Source: an uncultured Pelagibacteraceae bacterium
GTDB taxonomy: Bacteria > Pseudomonadota > Alphaproteobacteria > Pelagibacterales > Pelagibacteraceae
Length of the DNA: 64,000 nucleotides
Assembly (NCBI GenBank): GCA_902547785.1
Contig: CACCPC010000003.1
Coordinates: 8,900-72,899, forward strand
Reading direction: 5' to 3'
In this document: positions 53,298 through 62,964 of the stretch, one piece after another
How the letters are laid out: each line of letters opens with the position of its first letter
How positions within the stretch are numbered: the first letter of the stretch is position 1
Position numbers and translations under genes: made by a program
Notes under the pieces: generated by a model
Seen by the model: only the letters and a program-made list of their open reading frames with translations
Told to the model about the DNA's origin: nothing
Database searches by the model: none

Positions 53298-54088
53298 AAA
53301 AATATCTTGTAATTGGAAATCCTATTGAGCATTCATTATCACCCAAATTACATAATTATTGGTTTGAAAAAAATAATATTGATGCAAATTATGATAGAAA
53401 AAAAATAGATAAAAGCGAGATCCAAAAAATTATTTCTGAGATTAGGGAGGATAAATTAGATGGAATAAATGTTACTGTCCCTTTTAAAAGTGATGTCATT
53501 CCTTTTTTGGATACGCTAAGTAAAGAGTCTCAAATTACGCAATCTGTTAATACTATATACAAACAAGATAAAAAAATAATTGGTCATAACACTGATATAA
53601 AAGGTTTTGAATTGAGTTTAAAGGAAACCCAATTTAATTTAGAAAATAAAACAATATTTATATTGGGAGCTGGAGGCGTTGTACCTTCTATAATTTATGT
53701 TTTAGAAAAACTAGGTATTTCTAAAATTATAGTAAGTAATAGAACTAAGCAAAAAACTGAAAACTTAAAAAAATATTTTTCAAATATCAGCGTTGTTGAC
53801 TGGGGTGATCAACCTGAATTTGATATGATTATTAATGCCACCAGTCTAGGCTTAAATAAAGAAGAAAACATTGGTTTGAACTTCAAAAACATGAATAAAA
53901 CAAAACTATTCTATGATGTTATCTACAATCCAAAAGAGACCAATTTTTTAAGAACTGGAAAAAATTTAGGCTGTCAGATTTCTAATGGTAAAATGATGTT
54001 TATTTATCAGGCTTTAGAGGCGTTTAAATTATGGCACGGGGTTGAACCAGAAATTAACGAAGAATTAAAGAAATTATTAGATTTATGA
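53294..54088 (+). CDS. aroE: Shikimate dehydrogenase
   Basis: G.PI.HSLSP..H, NVTVPFK, VNT, NTD, GAGG, NATSLG, YD..YNP. Confidence 0.96.
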   Translation: MKKYLVIGNPIEHSLSPKLHNYWFEKNNIDANYDRKKIDKSEIQKIISEIREDKLDGINVTVPFKSDVIPFLDTLSKESQITQSVNTIYKQDKKIIGHNTDIKGFELSLKETQFNLENKTIFILGAGGVVPSIIYVLEKLGISKIIVSNRTKQKTENLKKYFSNISVVDWGDQPEFDMIINATSLGLNKEENIGLNFKNMNKTKLFYDVIYNPKETNFLRTGKNLGCQISNGKMMFIYQALEAFKLWHGVEPEINEELKKLLDL

Positions 54089-54654
54089 AAAGAATAGGTA
54101 TTTTAGGAGACATAGGTTCTGGCAAAACTTACATAGCTAAATGTTTTGGTTTTCCTGTATTTAACGCTGATTTAGAAGTTGCTAAAATTTATAAATATAA
54201 CAGAAAAGTTTTTCAAAAATTAAAAAAAGAACTTCCAAATTATTTTGACTCTTTTCCCATAAAAAAAAAAGAAATTATTAATGCAATTTTATCTAACAGG
54301 AAAAATTTAAAAAGAATTATTAAGATTGTTCATCGTGAAGTTAGAAAAAAAATGAATGATTTTTTAAGAAAGAACAAAAATAAAAAACTTGTTGTATTAG
54401 ATATTCCTCTTCTATTGGAGAACAAAATTAATAAAAAAAAAGATATATTAGTTTTTGTTGAGTCTAAGAAATCAGAAATTTTAAAAAGATTAAAAAAACG
54501 AAAAAATTTTAATATGGAAATACTAAATAATTTTAAAAAGATGCAACTGTCGCTTGTCTTAAAAAAGAAAAAGTCACAATTTATAATTAAGAATAATTTT
54601 AAAAAAAATTCTGTTAAAGTTAGAGTAAAGGAAATTATAAAAAATTTAGTATGA
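54085..54654 (+). CDS. coaE: Dephospho-CoA kinase
   Basis: G..G.IGSGKT, FNAD, I.H, DIPLL.E; aroE-coaE-dnaQ synteny. Confidence 0.92.
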   Translation: MKRIGILGDIGSGKTYIAKCFGFPVFNADLEVAKIYKYNRKVFQKLKKELPNYFDSFPIKKKEIINAILSNRKNLKRIIKIVHREVRKKMNDFLRKNKNKKLVVLDIPLLLENKINKKKDILVFVESKKSEILKRLKKRKNFNMEILNNFKKMQLSLVLKKKKSQFIIKNNFKKNSVKVRVKEIIKNLV

Positions 54655-55313
54655 AAGAAATTGTATTAGACACAGAAACAACTGGTCTTTCAGTCAAAGA
54701 GGGGCATAGAATTGTAGAAATAGGGTGTATTGAGTTAGATAATTTAATACCAACAAAAAAAAAATTTCATTGTTATTTAAATCCTGAAAGAAAAGTATCT
54801 GAGAAAGCTTTCGAAGTGCATGGATATTCAGATAGTTTTTTATCAGACAAAATGAAATTTAGAGAAATAGCCGATGATTTTCTAAGATTTATTAAAGATA
54901 AAAGATTAATAATTCATAATGCAGAATTTGATTTATCTCATTTAAATAATGAACTACAGATTATCGGAAAAAACAAAATTGATAATGAAGTAATAGACAC
55001 GGTATCATTAGCCAGAAATAAATTTCCTGGATCCCAAATAAGTTTGGATGCTTTATGTAAGAGATATAGGATAGACAACTCCAAAAGAGTACAACATACT
55101 GCGCTTATTGACTGTGATTTGTTATCTAAGGTTTACATAAATTTAATAGATCAAAAAGAGCCAACTTTAGATTTTAAAAATAAAGAGGAAGAAGTTTCAA
55201 AATTAAATACTGGAAAAATTATTTATTCTACCAAGGTTATCAAACCGTCTCCTGAGGAACTAAAAAATCACCAAATTTATTTAAAAACTTTTCTTAAAAA
55301 AAACTTCTATTAA
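54651..55313 (+). CDS. dnaQ: DNA polymerase III epsilon subunit
   Basis: LDTETTG, HRIVEIG, HNA.FD, SLDALC, H.ALID. Confidence 0.97.
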   Translation: MKEIVLDTETTGLSVKEGHRIVEIGCIELDNLIPTKKKFHCYLNPERKVSEKAFEVHGYSDSFLSDKMKFREIADDFLRFIKDKRLIIHNAEFDLSHLNNELQIIGKNKIDNEVIDTVSLARNKFPGSQISLDALCKRYRIDNSKRVQHTALIDCDLLSKVYINLIDQKEPTLDFKNKEEEVSKLNTGKIIYSTKVIKPSPEELKNHQIYLKTFLKKNFY

Positions 55314-55738
55314 TTAAATCTTTCTAAATAAAGTTTTGTAAAATCAATTTTTTTTTCTAATTTGAGATTAGGGTATCCAGAGTTATGCATCATATCTAAA
55401 AATGATTTTTCTAAGTCTGGATAAACTGAATTAGGTACATCACATAATACAATTTTTTCTAGATCTTTTTTTTCTTTAATGGACTCATCGATTTTCACTG
55501 CTACTGCGTAAATAATCTCAAAATGTGATTTTTTGACTTGAGTATCTTTGTGTTGAAATTTTAATGTTATATTTACCTCGATCATCTTATTTTTAAGGGC
55601 TATTGATTTGATATCAATATCTAATTGATATTTACCCATGTTATTTCCTGCAGATATGTAAGTTTCAACATCTGGTGTTTCACTAGACATATCTTTTATA
55701 TATTTTGCTAAAATTTTAAATTTTTCTGTCATTGTCAT
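55310..55738 (-). CDS. secB: Protein-export chaperone SecB
   Basis: YIKDMSSETP, P...YP, SGYP.L...IDF..LY; fxsA-secB convergent on dnaQ. Confidence 0.85.
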   Translation of the reverse strand: MTMTEKFKILAKYIKDMSSETPDVETYISAGNNMGKYQLDIDIKSIALKNKMIEVNITLKFQHKDTQVKKSHFEIIYAVAVKIDESIKEKKDLEKIVLCDVPNSVYPDLEKSFLDMMHNSGYPNLKLEKKIDFTKLYLERFN

Positions 55739-56141
55739 CTTCTATATCCTCAAATTCCCCCTCAATAAAATCATTCTTTTTCGTTTCTTTATTTTCAAAT
55801 TTTTTATTAAATTTTTCTAATATTAACTTTCGTGTTATTGGGATGATTAAGAGAAAACCAATCAAGTCAGTTGCAAATCCTGGGATGATTAAGAGGACAG
55901 CTGCAAATGCTATTGCGGCACCAGAAATTAATTCGTGGGCTGGAATTTGATTTTTAATTATTTGCGTCATTCCAGATCTCAGAGTGTTAATCCCTTCGTA
56001 TCTGGCATAGTACACTCCTACAACCGCAGTAAAAAATACCAAGAATATGGTGCTGAAAGCTCCTATTTGAGACCCGATCTTTATAAAAAGGTAAATCTCT
56101 ACAATTGGGATTAAAATAACAGCTAAAAGTACTGTGTTCAT
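55716..56141 (-). CDS. fxsA: FxsA-family membrane protein
   Basis: P..EI...I.IG..IG, LLIIPGF.TD..G..L.IP, C-terminal IEGEF. Confidence 0.92.
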   Translation of the reverse strand: MNTVLLAVILIPIVEIYLFIKIGSQIGAFSTIFLVFFTAVVGVYYARYEGINTLRSGMTQIIKNQIPAHELISGAAIAFAAVLLIIPGFATDLIGFLLIIPITRKLILEKFNKKFENKETKKNDFIEGEFEDIEDDNDRKI

Positions 56142-56149
56142 TTGTCTTT

Positions 56150-56192
56150 AATGTAATTGTTAGTTGAAATTAATCAACATAGTAATTAAGTT
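56150..56192. promoter_or_regulatory. Overlapping back-to-back sigma70-like promoters for fxsA-secB and tim44-smr
   Basis: Plus strand TTGAAA-N17-TAAGTT-N6-ATG; minus strand TTGATT-N16-TACATT-N8-ATG. Confidence 0.45.
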
Positions 56193-56198
56193 TAGGTT

Positions 56199-56795
56199 AT
56201 GAATTATAGTTTTGAGTACATCGATATTATTTTATTAGCAATGATTGCTGGCTTCATTTTTTTAAGACTTAGAGGAATTTTAGGAAAAAGAACAGGTTTT
56301 GAGGGAAAAGCATCACCCCAGTTTGAGGAAATATTGAAAAATATAAATCCTGAAACAAAAATAAATAAAAAAACTGATTTTGACGAAAATGCAAAAAAAG
56401 ACTTTTTAAAAGGTGCTAAAATAGCATACGAAACTATTATTACAGACTTCGGTGACAGTGACAATAAATTGACTACAAGCAAGTCTTTATTAAGCAATAA
56501 AATTTACGATCAGTTTAACACTGCACTAAAAGAAAGAGGTAAAAGAGGTCATCTTGCTGAAATTACTTTTATTGGAGTAAATTCAGCTAATATAAAAGAG
56601 CACAAGTATTTAGGAAAAATTTTACAGGTAACTGTAGAATTTGTAGGTGAAGTAATCACTTGTATTAGGGATAAAGATAAAAAGATAGTTTCTGGAGACC
56701 CCGAAAAGATTAAGAAGATTTATGATACCTGGGTATTTTCAAGAGATACAAGTACTAATAATCCAAATTGGCAGTTAGTTGATACCCTTTCTTAA
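56199..56795 (+). CDS. Tim44/TimA-family protein
   Basis: DII.LAMIAGFI..RLR.ILG.RTG, FL.GA..AYE.I, D.W.F.R...NPNW.L. Confidence 0.9.
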   Translation: MNYSFEYIDIILLAMIAGFIFLRLRGILGKRTGFEGKASPQFEEILKNINPETKINKKTDFDENAKKDFLKGAKIAYETIITDFGDSDNKLTTSKSLLSNKIYDQFNTALKERGKRGHLAEITFIGVNSANIKEHKYLGKILQVTVEFVGEVITCIRDKDKKIVSGDPEKIKKIYDTWVFSRDTSTNNPNWQLVDTLS

Positions 56796-57209
56796 TTGAA
56801 TAGCAATATTTCAGATAAAGACAAAAAGGATTGGAAAGACTTTTTAGAAAAAAATGAAAAGTTACCAAATAAAGATTTAGAAAAAAAAGAGAATAAATTT
56901 CATATTACTAAATCATTAGATCTTCATGGTTACACACTTGATGAAGCAAACAAAAAAGTTGAAAGTTTTATAACTGAGTGTTTTGATCAAAAAGTCTCTA
57001 AGATTACCATAGTTACCGGTAAAGGACTGCATTCTCAAAACGACAAAGACCCATATATTTCAAAGAAATTTGGTATTTTAAAAAATTCTGTTCCTGATTT
57101 TATTAAAAATAATTCTAGCTTAATGAAAAAAATAAAAACTATAACTGATGCCGAAATTGAAGATGGTGGCAGTGGGGCTTTTTATATTTTTTTAAAAAAA
57201 AAATTATAA
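56796..57209 (+). CDS. Smr/MutS2-domain protein
   Basis: [25 protein letters not shown]; TTG start. Confidence 0.9.
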   Translation: MNSNISDKDKKDWKDFLEKNEKLPNKDLEKKENKFHITKSLDLHGYTLDEANKKVESFITECFDQKVSKITIVTGKGLHSQNDKDPYISKKFGILKNSVPDFIKNNSSLMKKIKTITDAEIEDGGSGAFYIFLKKKL

Positions 57210-58577
57210 AATAAATTTTGATAGATCTGTATCTTTGACAAGATTATCAAGATTTTTGTTTATATATTCTTTATTTATTGAGATTTTTTCACCAGATCTG
57301 TCAGTTGCAGTGAAACTAATTTCATCAAGGATTTTCTCAATTATTGTGTGTAATCTTCTAGCACCAATATTTTCAACAGTTGCATTTACTTCTGATGCAA
57401 TATTTGCGATTGCATCAATTCCATCTTCGGTAAACTCAAGCTCAACATTCTCAGTATTTAACAAAGCCACATACTGTTTAATTAAACTAAAATCAGGTTC
57501 TTTAAGAATTCTTTTGAAATCCTCACTTGATAAAGCCTCTAGCTCAACTCTGATTGGCAGTCTTCCTTGTAACTCGGGGAGTAAATCAGAAGGCTTGGCT
57601 AATTGAAAAGCACCAGATGCAATAAATAATATATGGTCAGTTTTTATAGGTCCATATTTTGTATTAACTGTTGTTCCTTCAATTAAAGGTAATAAATCTC
57701 TCTGCACACCTTCTCTAGATACATCTCCGCCAACCCTGTCTGTTCTTCCAGAAATTTTGTCTATTTCATCTAAGAAAACTATTCCATTATTTTCTGTAGA
57801 GATCTTTGCAGCTTTAATTATTTTATCTTGTTCAATCAACTTATCAGATTCATCGTTTATCAAAATTTCGTGAGATTCTTTTACTGTCATTTTTTTCTTT
57901 TTTTCCTGCTTACCCATAGACTTTCCAAGCATCTCGCCAATATTAATCATTCCTACATTAGCGCCTGGCATTCCAGGAATTTCAAAAGATGTGCTATTAC
58001 CACCACTTTCACTGACAGCTATTTCTATCTCGTTATTATCTAGATCACCATCTCTAAGTCTTTTTCTAAAGCTTTCTCTTGTAGCCGTACTTGCTTTTTT
58101 CCCAACTAAAGCATCTAATACTTTTTCTTCAGCTAGTTTCTGAGCTTTTGCGTAAACCTCTTTTCTTTTTTTAACCTTTTCCATTGAAATTGCTATTTCA
58201 ATTAAATCTCTGACAATTTGTTCTACATCTCTTCCAACATAACCCACCTCAGTAAATCTAGTTGCTTCAACTTTTACAAAAGGAGCTTCTGCTAATTTAG
58301 AGAGTCTTCTTGAAATTTCTGTTTTTCCAACACCCGTTGGTCCAATCATTAAAATATTTTTAGGTAAAACTTCATTTCTCATTTCACCTTTTAAAGCTTG
58401 TCTTCTCCATCTGTTTCGTAAGGCAACAGCAACCGCTCTTTTAGCTTTATTTTGACCGACAACAAACCTGTCTAATTCAGAAACAATTTCTCTTGGTGAT
58501 AAGGAGCTTACTAATGAAGCTTCCTCTTTTTGTTGATCTCCTTTAGGATGTAATTGAGTTACGTTTGATTTATCCAT
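57204..58577 (-). CDS. hslU: ATP-dependent protease ATPase subunit HslU
   Basis: [40 protein letters not shown]. Confidence 0.99.
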   Translation of the reverse strand: MDKSNVTQLHPKGDQQKEEASLVSSLSPREIVSELDRFVVGQNKAKRAVAVALRNRWRRQALKGEMRNEVLPKNILMIGPTGVGKTEISRRLSKLAEAPFVKVEATRFTEVGYVGRDVEQIVRDLIEIAISMEKVKKRKEVYAKAQKLAEEKVLDALVGKKASTATRESFRKRLRDGDLDNNEIEIAVSESGGNSTSFEIPGMPGANVGMINIGEMLGKSMGKQEKKKKMTVKESHEILINDESDKLIEQDKIIKAAKISTENNGIVFLDEIDKISGRTDRVGGDVSREGVQRDLLPLIEGTTVNTKYGPIKTDHILFIASGAFQLAKPSDLLPELQGRLPIRVELEALSSEDFKRILKEPDFSLIKQYVALLNTENVELEFTEDGIDAIANIASEVNATVENIGARRLHTIIEKILDEISFTATDRSGEKISINKEYINKNLDNLVKDTDLSKFIL

Positions 58578-59092
58578 TATATTTTTTCAACTTTAACATT
58601 TTCATTTGTGAATACGCAGATATCAGCTGCAACTTTTATAGCTTTTTTTGCAACTTCTTCTGCTGAAATGTTACTTTCCATTAAGACTTTTCCTGCAGCT
58701 AAAGCATAATTACCACCAGAGCCAATACCAATAACATCTCCTTCAGGTTCTAGAACGTCACCAGTACCTGAAATTATATAACTATTATTCTTGTCACCTA
58801 CAGCCATTAGTGCTTCTAATCTTCTTAGATATTTATCAGTTCTCCAATCTTTAGCTAACTCGACAGCAGCTCTAGATAAGTTACCTGCATGCTTTTCTAA
58901 TTTTCCCTCTAATCTCTCAAACAATGTTAAAGCATCAGCTGTTGATCCAGCAAAACCAGCTACGACATCTCTCTTCTCAATTTTTCTGACTTTTGAGGCA
59001 GTGCTTTTTACGACAGTATTGCCCATACTTACTTGTCCGTCACCAGCTACTACCACTTCGTTGTTTTTTCTAACTAACACAATCGTTGTCAT
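58577..59092 (-). CDS. hslV: ATP-dependent protease subunit HslV
   Basis: N-terminal [33 protein letters not shown]. Confidence 0.99.
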   Translation of the reverse strand: MTTIVLVRKNNEVVVAGDGQVSMGNTVVKSTASKVRKIEKRDVVAGFAGSTADALTLFERLEGKLEKHAGNLSRAAVELAKDWRTDKYLRRLEALMAVGDKNNSYIISGTGDVLEPEGDVIGIGSGGNYALAAGKVLMESNISAEEVAKKAIKVAADICVFTNENVKVEKI

Positions 59093-59099
59093 AGCTTAT

Positions 59100-59127
59100 A
59101 AATGGATACTAAATTTGATACTTCAAG
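59100..59127 (-). promoter_or_regulatory. RpoH (sigma32)-type promoter of hslVU, likely leaderless
   Basis: CTTGAA-N15-TCCATTT, 7 nt upstream of the ATG; no SD. Confidence 0.6.
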
Positions 59128-59183
59128 CCCAGGTTTAGTATTATTGCCATAATTGAATAATATATGTATACCTGTTTTTAATT

Positions 59184-59774
59184 ATGAAGCGTAAAGGCAA
59201 AATAAGCAGGAAAACGAAAGAAACAAGCATAAGTGTTGATTTAAATATTGACGGTAAAGGTAAATACAAAATTGACACAGGAATAGGTTTTTTAAACCAC
59301 ATGCTTGAACAACTATCTAAGCATTCTTCAATAGACATGAGTATAAAAGCTAAAGGAGATACTCATATTGATTTACACCACACAACTGAAGATACAGGAA
59401 TTGCTATTGGTGAAGCTTTAAAAAAAGCTTTGAAAAAATCTGTTGGAATCAGAAGGTATGCTCATGCAATGATCCCAATGGATGAAACTTTATCACGTGT
59501 TGCAATTGATATTTCAAACAGACCCTATTTAATTTGGAAAGTAAATTTAAAAGTTGAAAAGCTTGGTGAGATGGATACAGAACTTTTTAAAGAATGGTTT
59601 CAAGCATTTTCTCAAGCTGCTGGAATTACTCTACACGTTGAAAATATTTATGGTGATAATAGTCATCACATTATCGAGTCTTGCTACAAAGGATTAGCAA
59701 GGTCTCTAAGAACTGCATTAGAAATAGATCCGAGGAATAAAAAAACGATTCCTTCTACAAAAGGTTCTTTATAA
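59184..59774 (+). CDS. hisB: Imidazoleglycerol-phosphate dehydratase
   Basis: [37 protein letters not shown]. Confidence 0.98.
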   Translation: MKRKGKISRKTKETSISVDLNIDGKGKYKIDTGIGFLNHMLEQLSKHSSIDMSIKAKGDTHIDLHHTTEDTGIAIGEALKKALKKSVGIRRYAHAMIPMDETLSRVAIDISNRPYLIWKVNLKVEKLGEMDTELFKEWFQAFSQAAGITLHVENIYGDNSHHIIESCYKGLARSLRTALEIDPRNKKTIPSTKGSL

Positions 59775-59779
59775 GTTTA

Positions 59780-60406
59780 ATGAACGTCACAATTGTTGAT
59801 TATAAATCGGGCAATATAAGCTCGGTAATAAACTCTTTTAAAGAAGTTGCAAAAGATAAAGTAAATATCGAGGTTACCTCACATTTGAATAAGATAAAAT
59901 CAAGTGACAAAGTAGTTTTACCAGGGCAGGGCTCATTTAAAAGTTGTGTAGATGCCTTGAATAAAATTAAAGGTCTCACAGATACTTTAAATGAATTTGT
60001 AATAACTAATAAAAAACCTCTACTTGGAATTTGTGTTGGTTTGCAGATGTTTGCAGATGTTGGTTATGAAGAAGCAGAAACTAAAGGCTTAGGATGGATT
60101 TCAGGAAAAGTTTCAAAAATAGACAATCAAAATGGAAAATTTAAACTTCCTCATATCGGTTGGAATCAAATCAATATTGTCAAAGATAGTAAAATTTTCA
60201 AAGATATAGAAAATAATTCTCATATGTATTTTGTTCATAGTTATGAATTTGTACCAAATGATAAAAAAGTGATTTCAGCTACAACAGATTATTCATCAAA
60301 TATTGTTTGCTCTGTTGAAAGAGAAAATATCTTTGGCACCCAATTTCACCCTGAAAAGAGTGATAAAATAGGATTACAAGTAATTAAAAATTTTATAAAT
60401 TTATAG
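59780..60406 (+). CDS. hisH: Imidazole glycerol phosphate synthase, glutaminase subunit
   Basis: DY.SGN, LPGQG, GICVG.Q, PHIGWN, YFVHSY, QFHPEKS. Confidence 0.98.
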   Translation: MNVTIVDYKSGNISSVINSFKEVAKDKVNIEVTSHLNKIKSSDKVVLPGQGSFKSCVDALNKIKGLTDTLNEFVITNKKPLLGICVGLQMFADVGYEEAETKGLGWISGKVSKIDNQNGKFKLPHIGWNQINIVKDSKIFKDIENNSHMYFVHSYEFVPNDKKVISATTDYSSNIVCSVERENIFGTQFHPEKSDKIGLQVIKNFINL

Positions 60407-60408
60407 CT

Positions 60409-61068
60409 ATGAATTGGCTAATAAGACAAATTGCTAGAATTACATTAATAGGAAAACTTGTGGAAAAATTAGGTCCTAAAGTCCCTATTATTTTTATTTT
60501 TGTAGCATTAATATTTTCAGCATTTTACATTCCTTATGAGTATGAAAATTTTTTAGAATTTAAACAAAAATATCCCGAAGACAATGTTGGTTTGATTTTA
60601 AATTTATTAAGACCATTAATAATAAATATTATTTTAATAATTTTAGTTGTTTCTACTTTTAGTGCTGAAAGAGAAAGAAAAAAAAGAATAGAACTAGAGG
60701 AAGCTGAAAGACAAAGGAAAGAAGCAGAAGTAATTGCAATGAAACAAGAGGCAATAAGAAAATTAAAGGAATTAAAAAAAAATCCAGTTGGAAAAACGGC
60801 TGGGGCAGTTATTTCAAAAAAAAGTATTGGCACTCTGGGTGGTGCCGCAATTGGTGCTACTTTGGGGGGATCTTTAGGTATTGCTGGAAAGTTTTTAGGA
60901 GCGATGGTGTTTATCAATGGAGCATGGGTTTTAGCTCCAGTTGGTGGTCTTTTGGGTTATTACGCTGCTAAAAAATTAGCTAAAAAAAAAGAGCAAGAAA
61001 AAGAACAAGAAAAAATCAAACAATATGGTGAAAAAATAAATCAGGAAACAAGAGATAAGAATAAATGA
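60409..61068 (+). CDS. Hypothetical membrane protein: 2 TM helices, coiled coil and glycine-zipper segment
   Basis: Hydrophobic aa ~25-42 and ~61-84; charged helix ~86-124; GTLGGAAIGATLGGSLGIAG...VGGLLG; ATGA overlap with the next gene. Confidence 0.75.
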   Translation: MNWLIRQIARITLIGKLVEKLGPKVPIIFIFVALIFSAFYIPYEYENFLEFKQKYPEDNVGLILNLLRPLIINIILIILVVSTFSAERERKKRIELEEAERQRKEAEVIAMKQEAIRKLKELKKNPVGKTAGAVISKKSIGTLGGAAIGATLGGSLGIAGKFLGAMVFINGAWVLAPVGGLLGYYAAKKLAKKKEQEKEQEKIKQYGEKINQETRDKNK

Positions 61069-61502
61069 CATTAGTTAAAAAGAATGAAAAAGAACAACTT
61101 AAACAAAGATTATTAAATGAATTACCAGAGCTAGAAAAAGCAGGATGGAAAAAAATACACATTGATCTTTTAAAGAGGCACTTTACTTTTTACTATAGTC
61201 TTGTTCATTCAGAAATACCTCCTGAAGAGGAAAAATATAAGCAGTTTGTTGAAACCATCAAAAATTGGAAGACTTCAAAACCTAAAAATATACATGAGGA
61301 AATTTATCTAAATTACACTAAATTTTTTATGAAAAAAAATTCAAATAAAAAAGATGATAAAATTTTAGATCCAGTTTGGAAAAATATTCCTCAAAATATT
61401 CCTGGAGCCATGCAGTATTCACAAGAAATGATCGATAAACTTAATACAGAATATGAATCTGAAAGTTGGGAAGACTGGTATGATGATTGGAAATATAGAT
61501 GA
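61065..61502 (+). CDS. Hypothetical protein with a DUF413 (YifE/MaoP)-like core
   Basis: LLKRH..FY.SL....PPEEE...QFV......KPKNIHEEIYLNY resembles the DUF413 pattern LL.RH...L..G...P......FV......P....E..(W/Y)..Y; ATGA overlaps at both ends. Confidence 0.55.
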   Translation: MTLVKKNEKEQLKQRLLNELPELEKAGWKKIHIDLLKRHFTFYYSLVHSEIPPEEEKYKQFVETIKNWKTSKPKNIHEEIYLNYTKFFMKKNSNKKDDKILDPVWKNIPQNIPGAMQYSQEMIDKLNTEYESESWEDWYDDWKYR

Positions 61503-62215
61503 AAATATTTCCAGCTATAGATATTAAAAATAAAAAGTGTGTAAGATTAGTTAAGGGGGATTTCGATAAAAAGACTGAGTATGAATTGTCTCCGATTGAT
61601 CAAGCAGGAAAATTTAAAGATCATGGATTCAAAAATTTACACATAGTTGATTTAGATGGTGCTTTAACTGGTGAAACAGTTAATTTAGATATTATTCAGG
61701 ATATAGTTGGTAAATTTAATTTTAAAGTTGAAGTAGGTGGTGGTATTAGAAATTCTGATAGTATTCAAAAATACATTGACGCTGGTGTTGAGAAAGTAAT
61801 TCTGGGAAGTGCTGCCATTAAAGACAAAAATTTCTTAAAAGAATCATGTGAAAAATTTCAAAATCATATTGCTTTAGGCTTAGATGCTAAAGACGGGTAT
61901 TTGTCAGTATCTGGTTGGAAAGAAAGCTCTAATAAATTAACTTTAGATTATTTAAAAGAAATTAACGATTATGGTGTTGGTAGATTAATTTATACAGATA
62001 TTAATAGAGACGGCATGAAACAAAGTCCAAATTTTAATGAAACGATGAAAGTTGCTGAGATGTCAAAGTGCCCCGTAATTATATCAGGCGGTGTTTCATC
62101 AATAGGAGATATTAAAAAAGCCAAGAATTTAAAAAATGTTGAGGGTATAATAGTTGGTAAAGCTATTTATGATGGAGATATAAAATTAGAGGAATTAGTA
62201 AAAGAAGATGCTTAA
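61499..62215 (+). CDS. hisA: ProFAR isomerase
   Basis: PAIDI....[37 protein letters not shown]. Confidence 0.98.
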   Translation: MKIFPAIDIKNKKCVRLVKGDFDKKTEYELSPIDQAGKFKDHGFKNLHIVDLDGALTGETVNLDIIQDIVGKFNFKVEVGGGIRNSDSIQKYIDAGVEKVILGSAAIKDKNFLKESCEKFQNHIALGLDAKDGYLSVSGWKESSNKLTLDYLKEINDYGVGRLIYTDINRDGMKQSPNFNETMKVAEMSKCPVIISGGVSSIGDIKKAKNLKNVEGIIVGKAIYDGDIKLEELVKEDA

Positions 62216-62963
62216 AAATAGAATAATACCTTGTTTAGACGTAAAAAACGGTCGTGTTGTTAAAGGAATAAATTTTGTTGATCTAAAAGATGCGGGAGAC
62301 CCTGTGGAACAAGCCAAAATTTATAGCGATGGTGGAGCAGATGAAATTTGCTTTTTAGATATTACAGCGTCTAATGAAAATAGAGATACTATTTATGATG
62401 TTGTGGAGAAAACTTCAAAAAAGTGTTTTGTGCCATTAACTGTAGGGGGTGGTGTCAGAAGTGTTGAGGATATTAACAAATTACTTAATTGTGGCGCTGA
62501 TAAAGTATCTATAAACACTGCAGCAGTTGAAAATTCAAAAGTTGTTTTAGATAGTTCAAAAAAATTTGGGTCTCAGTGTATTGTAGTTGCAATCGATGCT
62601 AAAAAAAATGGAGATAAGTGGGAAGTGTTTACTCACGGAGGAAGAAATAATAGTGGTATTGACGCTTTAGAGCATGCTGAACGAATGGAAAAAAACGGTG
62701 CAGGGGAGTTATTAGTAACTTCTATGGATAGAGATGGAACACAAGTAGGTTATGATATTGATCTCATGTCAAAAATTTCATCAAAAGTAAATATTCCAGT
62801 TATTGCATCTGGTGGGGTGGGTAATTTAGATCACCTAGTGGATGGCATTAAATTAGGAAAAGCTAGTGCAGTTTTGGCAGCTTCTATATTTCATTATGGA
62901 AAACACTCAGTTAAAGAAGCCAAGGATTATTTGGACTCAAAAGGAATACCTGTTAGAATTTAA
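62208..62963 (+). CDS. hisF: Imidazole glycerol phosphate synthase, cyclase subunit
   Basis: [44 protein letters not shown]. Confidence 0.99.
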   Translation: MLKNRIIPCLDVKNGRVVKGINFVDLKDAGDPVEQAKIYSDGGADEICFLDITASNENRDTIYDVVEKTSKKCFVPLTVGGGVRSVEDINKLLNCGADKVSINTAAVENSKVVLDSSKKFGSQCIVVAIDAKKNGDKWEVFTHGGRNNSGIDALEHAERMEKNGAGELLVTSMDRDGTQVGYDIDLMSKISSKVNIPVIASGGVGNLDHLVDGIKLGKASAVLAASIFHYGKHSVKEAKDYLDSKGIPVRI

Positions 62964-62964
62964 T

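Noticed and set aside
55839-55895. 15-bp direct repeat TGGGATGATTAAGAG in fxsA
   Set aside because: Explained by the repeated LIIP peptide in FxsA; only two copies, so not a CRISPR or mobile-element end.
59141-59338. 65-aa minus-strand ORF upstream of hslV
   Set aside because: Mostly antisense to hisB; no motif.
60041-60060. Tandem TTGCAGATGT x2 in hisH
   Set aside because: Encodes the ordinary LQMFADV segment in frame; likely coincidental.
60534-60917. 127-aa ORF antisense to the glycine-zipper gene
   Set aside because: Pro/Phe-rich mirror of Gly/Lys codons; the plus-strand gene is supported by translational coupling.
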